DNA from: Candidatus Helarchaeota ASGARD archaeon Hel_GB_B
Lineage (GTDB): Archaea > Asgardarchaeota > Lokiarchaeia > Helarchaeales > HEL-GB-B
Assembly: GCA_005191425.1 (NCBI GenBank)
Contig: SUPR01000033.1
Span: 1,857-33,856, forward strand
Direction: 5' to 3'
DNA length: 32,000 bases
Shown here: positions 27,002 to 32,000 of the stretch, piece by piece
Layout of the letters: every line of letters begins with the position of its first letter
Position numbering within the stretch: position 1 is the stretch's first letter
Made by a program: the position numbers and the translations under genes
Notes under the pieces: model-generated
The model's database searches: none
What the model was told of the DNA's origin: nothing
Seen by the model: the letters and a program-made list of their open reading frames with translations, nothing else

Positions 27002-27724
27002 ATGTATGCTATAAATTATACTAAATATTGCCAAGGACTCATTGAAAAAGTTAAAAATAATTACTGGAGAGTTAAAAAACTCTCAAAATTAGATTTTAAT
27101 AAAGACATCTTTTATTTAGTAGAAAAAACAAAAACTACTCCCATTATAGTTTTAAGGCAAAAACTAAAAGTTTTAGGCTATACAAATAAACAAATTAAAA
27201 GCATTATTAATTTAAATTTGAGTATGATCCCAAATAAACTTAAAGATGAAGTTCTGCTCGCAATATATAATGACCCAGTCTATTCACCAATAGGAATAAA
27301 ATATTTTGATGCTTTAGGCAGAGAAGGAGAAAATATTATAAAAGAATGGCTAGAGTCTCAGAATATTACATTTAAAAGAGACCCACGTAATAGTAAAACG
27401 GGCATGCCAGATTTTGTGTTAGAAAAAAAAATTCAAATTTTTAAACACGAGGTCAAATGGATAGAAAGTAAATGTACTTATGGAGATTTTATTGCCCAAA
27501 AAAATAATTTTAAACAATTTACACGATTTGACGACTTTTTTGGAAATTATGGATGTATTGTCTATTGGTTTGGATATGAAAAAAATAATAAATTTAAAAA
27601 AAGGTTAATATTAACATGGAATGAAATGCTAAAATTGACTCCAAACTTTTTACATCCACGAATTAAGAAATTAATTTCTGAAATACCTGAAGAGTTTGAA
27701 TATCTGCTAATTGACATTGAATAA
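27002..27724 (+). CDS. TPD-domain / C15orf41 (CDIN1)-like PD-(D/E)xK nuclease
   Basis: NDPVYSP, GREGE, MPDFVL (TPD motif variant), WIESKCTYGD, QFTRF, FG-x-x-GCIVYWFGY. This follows the CDIN1 family motif order as I recall it. Confidence 0.8.
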   Translation: MYAINYTKYCQGLIEKVKNNYWRVKKLSKLDFNKDIFYLVEKTKTTPIIVLRQKLKVLGYTNKQIKSIINLNLSMIPNKLKDEVLLAIYNDPVYSPIGIKYFDALGREGENIIKEWLESQNITFKRDPRNSKTGMPDFVLEKKIQIFKHEVKWIESKCTYGDFIAQKNNFKQFTRFDDFFGNYGCIVYWFGYEKNNKFKKRLILTWNEMLKLTPNFLHPRIKKLISEIPEEFEYLLIDIE

Positions 27725-27738
27725 TGGCTTTTTTTATC

Positions 27739-28419
27739 CTATAGGTTGAGAATAGTCTCTGATTTAATAAATTTAATACCATTTTTTGTCATGTCAGTTA
27801 ATACTTTCGAGATATTTCCTTCAGGCGAATCTATTCCACGAGTTAAATCTATAATAATGTAGACATCAAAGCCCAGTTTTTTCCCGTCAATCGCTGTGAA
27901 ATATACACAATAATCAAGAGCAAGCCCTGCAATAAATATCCTTTTTATATTTAATGAACTTAGGTACCCAGAGAGCCCAGTTAATGTTTTTCCATCATTT
28001 TCCACAAAACCCGAATAACTATCAATTTGAGGGTTTGTGCCTTTTCTAATAATTGCGTCAGCAAGGTCTGTATTTAAGGCTTCGTGAAATTCAGCCCCTT
28101 TTTGACCTTGAACACAATGGTCGGGCCATAATACCGGGCCAATTCCAAGTGCGCAGTATTCATCAAAAGGATTTTTTCCAGGATGTACTGATGCAAACGA
28201 TTTGTGATTTTTAGGGTGCCAATCCTGTGTTAAAGCTATCTTTAATCCGGCTTCTTTAAATTTTTGTGCAACTTTATTTACATCACTAATTATTTCGTCC
28301 CCTTTTTCTACTGGTAGTCTTCCTCCTGGAATGAAATCATTCTGAATATCGACTACAATTAATGCATCGTTCTTTAATAATTCAATATTAGTTTCAAAAT
28401 TAATATCAGAATAATTCAT
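27739..28419 (-). CDS. pncA: Nicotinamidase / pyrazinamidase
   Basis: VVDIQNDFIPGG, TQDWHP...H-x-SF, LWPDHCVQG, RKG...DSYSGF, IAGLALDYCV. Confidence 0.95.
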   Translation of the reverse strand: MNYSDINFETNIELLKNDALIVVDIQNDFIPGGRLPVEKGDEIISDVNKVAQKFKEAGLKIALTQDWHPKNHKSFASVHPGKNPFDEYCALGIGPVLWPDHCVQGQKGAEFHEALNTDLADAIIRKGTNPQIDSYSGFVENDGKTLTGLSGYLSSLNIKRIFIAGLALDYCVYFTAIDGKKLGFDVYIIIDLTRGIDSPEGNISKVLTDMTKNGIKFIKSETILNL

Positions 28420-28542
28420 ATTAATAATTATAATTTTTTATCAAAAATAATTTTTTCCATAATTTACAATTGTTTAAATATTTTGTTAGTACAATATTTG
28501 CAAATTATTATTGAAAAAATAAAATTTTTTTTGGAATATAAA

Positions 28543-28821
28543 ATGAGTAATTTAGACAATAATAATAAACAAATAAAAAGTAAAGAAGAGATTTTTTATC
28601 AAGATACACCAAAAGAACTAATAGAATACTATAAAAAAATAAATAAAAAAAGAATTTGTGTGTTTTGCTACAAACATGAAGTACCTAATAATGCAATGGC
28701 AGATATTTGTAAGGAATGTTGGGAGAAATTTATTAGATCAAGTTATAATGAAATATTAAAAAAAGATCCTAATGAAAATCAAGATAATAAAAGAAGAGAA
28801 AAAAAAGAGTTTTTTCTATGA
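28543..28821 (+). CDS. Small hypothetical protein with CxxC-x14-CxxC zinc-binding motif
   Basis: CVFC...CKEC in a 92-aa ORF with genome-typical K/E/N composition. ATG 28543 is preferred over TTG 28483. The 3' end may be frameshifted. Confidence 0.55.
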   Translation: MSNLDNNNKQIKSKEEIFYQDTPKELIEYYKKINKKRICVFCYKHEVPNNAMADICKECWEKFIRSSYNEILKKDPNENQDNKRREKKEFFL

Positions 28822-29121
28822 GGACACTACTATAAATAGATGTAAAGAATGTAAGTCAGAAAATTAATTAGGATCGTTTCAAACCAAAATTCAATAAATT
28901 CAGACCTTTTAGCCAAAAAATTAAGTTGAAACTTAGAAACATAAAAGATAATTAATATGATAATTTAGAAGATAACGTTATATTTTTTCATTTACGATTT
29001 TTATAGTTTCAAGCCAAATGTCATTATAAAATAAATTTAATAAAAAATATTGACCATCTTCTTTATATACGCTAATAAATAAATAAATTTTAAAATGACG
29101 AATCCTATAATTTTAGTAGAA

Positions 29122-29441
29122 TGATAGGTACTTTCCTTCATAGAGGGCACCTTGATTAAAAGATGATAGCGTGTGCAAATGAGGGAATACACTTGACAGA
29201 TACCACACTAATGTTCCGTATTGGATAGCGCCCTTACATGAGATGGATGTGTCATCCGACGATGAATGAGGTTTAATTGTCTCACATTAAACCTGAAAAT
29301 TAAGTCAACCCCTTTATGGTACAGTGTGGTATATGGGTATTGGTAATATGCCATCCACGAGAGGAACTTTAGCGATTTTGGATATTTCCGTAAATGAGCT
29401 ATTGAGTTAGTGTTTGATGGCAACAACCAATTACCCTCTTT
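29122..29441 (+). ncRNA. Candidate structured non-coding RNA of unrecognised class (about 320 nt)
   Basis: GC island (127 G+C in 320 nt versus 21 in the 120 nt at 28981-29100). Many helices, with G-U pairs mostly favouring the + strand. TATA-like TTTTAAAA at 29088-29095 upstream and TCTTTT at the 3' end. No convincing protein. Confidence 0.72.
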
Positions 29442-30305
29442 TCAGTATACATTAATGTCGAGACAGACATGAAAAGTATGTGGTTTATAGGACTTGATTT
29501 TTTCTAAATGTGCCAATTCGATTGTGCGATTATTTTTAACAGCAACATTTTCAACATCAGATAATAATGTTTCAGGAGAGTTATTATCGAGTAAAATACC
29601 TTCATAATGAATAACACATGGGCCTTTTTTTAATACTTTAAAAGCAGTATCTAAGCTGGATTTAGGACTAGGTAAAATTCCCATAATGATTCTATCGGCG
29701 TGTTCGGGAATTTCTAGTGCTTTAATTCTGCAGTCGCCAAAAATGGGTATTACTTTGTCCTTAGGAATTTTATTTAGTTTTAAATTTTCGATTAAATATT
29801 TATAAGAAGTTGGGTTTATCTCAAAAGCGTATATTCTCGATGCTTTTGAAAATTTCGCGATACCTAAAGTAAAGTACCCAATGCCAGCATAGAAATCAAA
29901 AATTATTTCTCTATTTTTTATCAATGGAATGTATCTACGTCTTTCATTTATATTTCCTTTAGCAAACATAATTTTCAATACATCGAACTTGTATTTAATG
30001 CCATTTTCAATTACAATAGTTTCTGTATCGCTACCTGCTAGCAATTCCAATTGAGGTTCCCGGAATTCGCCATAAATAGCTCCTTTTTTTAAACATACAG
30101 TACTGCAATTTTTAACAATTTTTAAAATTGCTTCTGCAATGATTTTTTTCTTGTCTAAAAGTTCATTTCTTAAATTTAAAATTACTACATGCCCAACTTG
30201 TTGATAACCCCTAGGTAAATATTGTTTTTCATCTTCATTTATTGAATTACCCAATGTATCTGCCAAGATCTTTCTAAAATTACCCCGCAATTTATTCTGC
30301 ACCAT
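29442..30305 (-). CDS. taw2: Trm5/TYW2-family tRNA G37 modification enzyme, most like Taw2/TYW2 (4-demethylwyosine aminocarboxypropyltransferase)
   Basis: LPRGYQQVGHVVIL, ENGIKYKFD...MFAKGNINERRR, DFYAGIGYF, EINP...NLKLN, ADRIIMG, IHYE. MF-x-x-GN-x-x-ER and IHY are TYW2-type rather than Trm5b-type. Confidence 0.82.
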   Translation of the reverse strand: MVQNKLRGNFRKILADTLGNSINEDEKQYLPRGYQQVGHVVILNLRNELLDKKKIIAEAILKIVKNCSTVCLKKGAIYGEFREPQLELLAGSDTETIVIENGIKYKFDVLKIMFAKGNINERRRYIPLIKNREIIFDFYAGIGYFTLGIAKFSKASRIYAFEINPTSYKYLIENLKLNKIPKDKVIPIFGDCRIKALEIPEHADRIIMGILPSPKSSLDTAFKVLKKGPCVIHYEGILLDNNSPETLLSDVENVAVKNNRTIELAHLEKIKSYKPHTFHVCLDINVY

Positions 30306-31108
30306 AAATATTATTCTAGGCCTTTTTATTCAACCTTAAGTATATTTAAATATTTGTTTAAATCAGACCGAGATTTCTAATACATTACTCAATTTATTTA
30401 TTTTATTTTTATTGATCTCGCTATTATTTATTATCACTTATTTTCAATAAAAGAGTATAATATTTTTAATTTCCACAAATAATGTTTGTTTTTCTATCTA
30501 TCACAATGAGATTTTTAAACTTTGAATTAAAAGATTTTTTCCCAGAAATTGAGAAGTTCCAAATTTTAAATTACTATTTCCAATTTCTTAATTAAGTTAA
30601 AATTTAAGTTGAATAGTAAAATTAGAAATTACACATTACTGGGCCAAAAAGCAATAAATTATTTATTTTTATTTTAAAATTCAATGAATAGATTCTAATA
30701 AGGACGATAAATATGGATAATTTAACCTGAAAATTGGATATAATTAACTTATACATATAAGAATATAAGAAATTTAAAAATGGTAAATAATAATTATTTA
30801 AAAGAATAGATTTTGTTAAATTTTTTAAAATTTTAATTTTAAATTTAACCAGCTCTCAAACTTATTAGATTTTTAAACTTAAATTTTTGTTCATTAGTCC
30901 ATGACAATAAATAAATCAATTAATAACATAATAAATGAAAATTTAGCAGAAAATTCGGGCTGTAAACCTAATAACTAATGAGAAAAAACATAAAAATTCT
31001 AAAGTAATTTGATAAATTTAGGAGTTAAGTCGTAATACATTCTTAAGGTCAAAATTTATTAATTAATAAAAATAAAGTACTTTCATAAGCTTAAAGGTGA
31101 TAAAGAAA

Positions 31109-31585
31109 ATGAGCCAAGATTTTTCAGGATTAATAGGATTAGAATTAAAGGGCACAACTTTTAAAGTAAAAAAGAAAAAATTAATTGAATTTGCTAAATC
31201 GATTGGGGCAAAACAACCCGAATTTTTGGATGAAAACGACCCAATTGCGCATCCAGCTTATGCAAATGCCTATGTATTTCCGGCATTAATGAAAATTAAT
31301 GATGCAAAATTACCAGATGGCAGTGCATTAATAAAAAATCCGTTAAAAATTTTACACGGTGGACAAGGTTATAGTTTTCCAAAGGGCGCCCCACCAGTAA
31401 AAGATGGAGATAAAATCAGGACTATTCCAAAAATTAAGAATATCGAAATAAAAGCTTCCAACAAAATGATGTTAATCACTGTTGAAGCTACTTCTAAAAT
31501 AGACAAAAGTAAGGACGAATCTAAAGTTGGAAAGACTGTTTGTGTAAGTGAAATTGGTATTGTTGTAATGCCAGGAGGTTATTGA
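31109..31585 (+). CDS. MaoC-family dehydratase, N-terminal/HadA-like hot-dog subunit
   Basis: IEFAKSIG, PIAHPAY, ILHGGQGYSF, PVKDGD. GGTGA lies 8 nt before ATG 31109 (the ORF-track GTG 31097 is part of that motif). Confidence 0.8.
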   Translation: MSQDFSGLIGLELKGTTFKVKKKKLIEFAKSIGAKQPEFLDENDPIAHPAYANAYVFPALMKINDAKLPDGSALIKNPLKILHGGQGYSFPKGAPPVKDGDKIRTIPKIKNIEIKASNKMMLITVEATSKIDKSKDESKVGKTVCVSEIGIVVMPGGY

Positions 31586-31586
31586 A

Positions 31587-32000
31587 ATGGTTAAATGGGA
31601 CGATTTGAAAGTTGGTGAAGTAGGTCCATCTATGGAATATGGACCATTAACAAGAAATGAATTTAAAGTATATGCAAATGCCGGTGGAGATACAAACCCA
31701 ATTCATCAAGATTATGTTGCTGCAATTCGAGCAGGCAATAAAGGTATAATAGCTCATGGGCTATATAGCCATGCCATGCTAGGTAAAATGTTGACAGATT
31801 GGGTAGGCGCGGATAATGTCCGTGCATATAATGGAAGAATGGTCGGAATGACCCGCCCAGGTGATATAGTATATTTTACAGGGATAGTCACTAAAAAATA
31901 TGAAAAAGATGGCGAAAAACTTGTCGATTTAGATATTAAGGCTACCACAAAAACTTATTATGTCCGGGGAGAGGCTAAAGCAGATTCATCACTATCTGAT
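31587..32000 (+). CDS. MaoC-family (R)-hydratase/dehydratase, HadB-like, runs off the window end
   Basis: Not in the ORF track. Reads MVKWDDLKVGE...YANAGGDTNPIHQD...GIIAHGLY...RPGDIVYFTGIV, the hydratase-2 motif. ATG is 1 nt after the upstream stop; open for 138 codons. Confidence 0.92.
   Translation, partial: MVKWDDLKVGEVGPSMEYGPLTRNEFKVYANAGGDTNPIHQDYVAAIRAGNKGIIAHGLYSHAMLGKMLTDWVGADNVRAYNGRMVGMTRPGDIVYFTGIVTKKYEKDGEKLVDLDIKATTKTYYVRGEAKADSSLSD

Noticed and set aside
29208-29426. 72-aa minus-strand ORF that is in frame with the taw2 UGA stop (possible readthrough or selenocysteine extension)
   Set aside because: Taw2 already ends where the family does (HVCLDINVY). The peptide lacks the K/I/N/E bias of real genes here, and no SECIS-like element is seen on that strand. 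The raised GC makes an open frame easier by chance.
29122-29441. Assigning the island to RNase P RNA, SRP RNA, SECIS, H/ACA RNA, T-box, TPP riboswitch or hammerhead
   Set aside because: GAGGAACUUU (29361) lies inside a local hairpin and there is no ACAGAA..GCUUA partner. There is no CAGG/AGCAG helix-8 motif. The tandem G-A pair lacks a K-turn bulge and there is no terminal ACA. AGUGUGGUA, AACCUGA and ACGAUGA...GAAA fragments lack the required context, and no gene lies downstream on +.
30306-31108. 800-bp spacer, and similar spacers at 1810-2344, 20908-21524 and 23214-23744, as hiding genes, CRISPR arrays or an origin
   Set aside because: Very AT-rich, with no convincing ORF, regular repeats, GC-rich stems, ORB-like G-strings or adjacent cdc6 visible by eye. 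TATA-like words are too common to call.
31754-31948. 64-aa minus-strand ORF
   Set aside because: It is antisense to the MaoC gene at 31587-32000.

Overview
AT-rich archaeal chromosomal window. Gene content (uS12, eL30, archaeal NusA, group II chaperonin, archaeosine TGT, SmAP3-type Lsm, Rpb8-like Rpo8, a RING-like protein, unsplit RNAP largest subunit) points to an Asgard or TACK-related archaeon; this is inference, and no finer taxon can be fixed from the sequence. I support 23 protein genes. Two are missing from the ORF track because they run off the window ends (pheA at left, a second MaoC dehydratase at right). The window is mostly housekeeping but has several unusual elements. (1) An about 320-nt, about 40% GC non-coding island (29122-29441) folds on the + strand into a pseudoknotted 5' domain plus a 100-nt 3' rod and matches no RNA family I can recognise. 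(2) A tRNA-Glu(CUC) carries two non-canonical introns (D-loop and T-loop 59/60). (3) A single-gene RNAP A'A'' subunit has two inteins, one next to NADFDGD and one in the trigger loop, both with apparently dead LAGLIDADG motifs. (4) A CDIN1/C15orf41-like nuclease lies directly behind pheST. (5) The DNA ligase apparently starts at AUU. (6) The rpo-str superoperon is fragmented. No CRISPR array, rRNA, transposase or integrase was seen. All family assignments come from motif recognition by eye, not from database searches.
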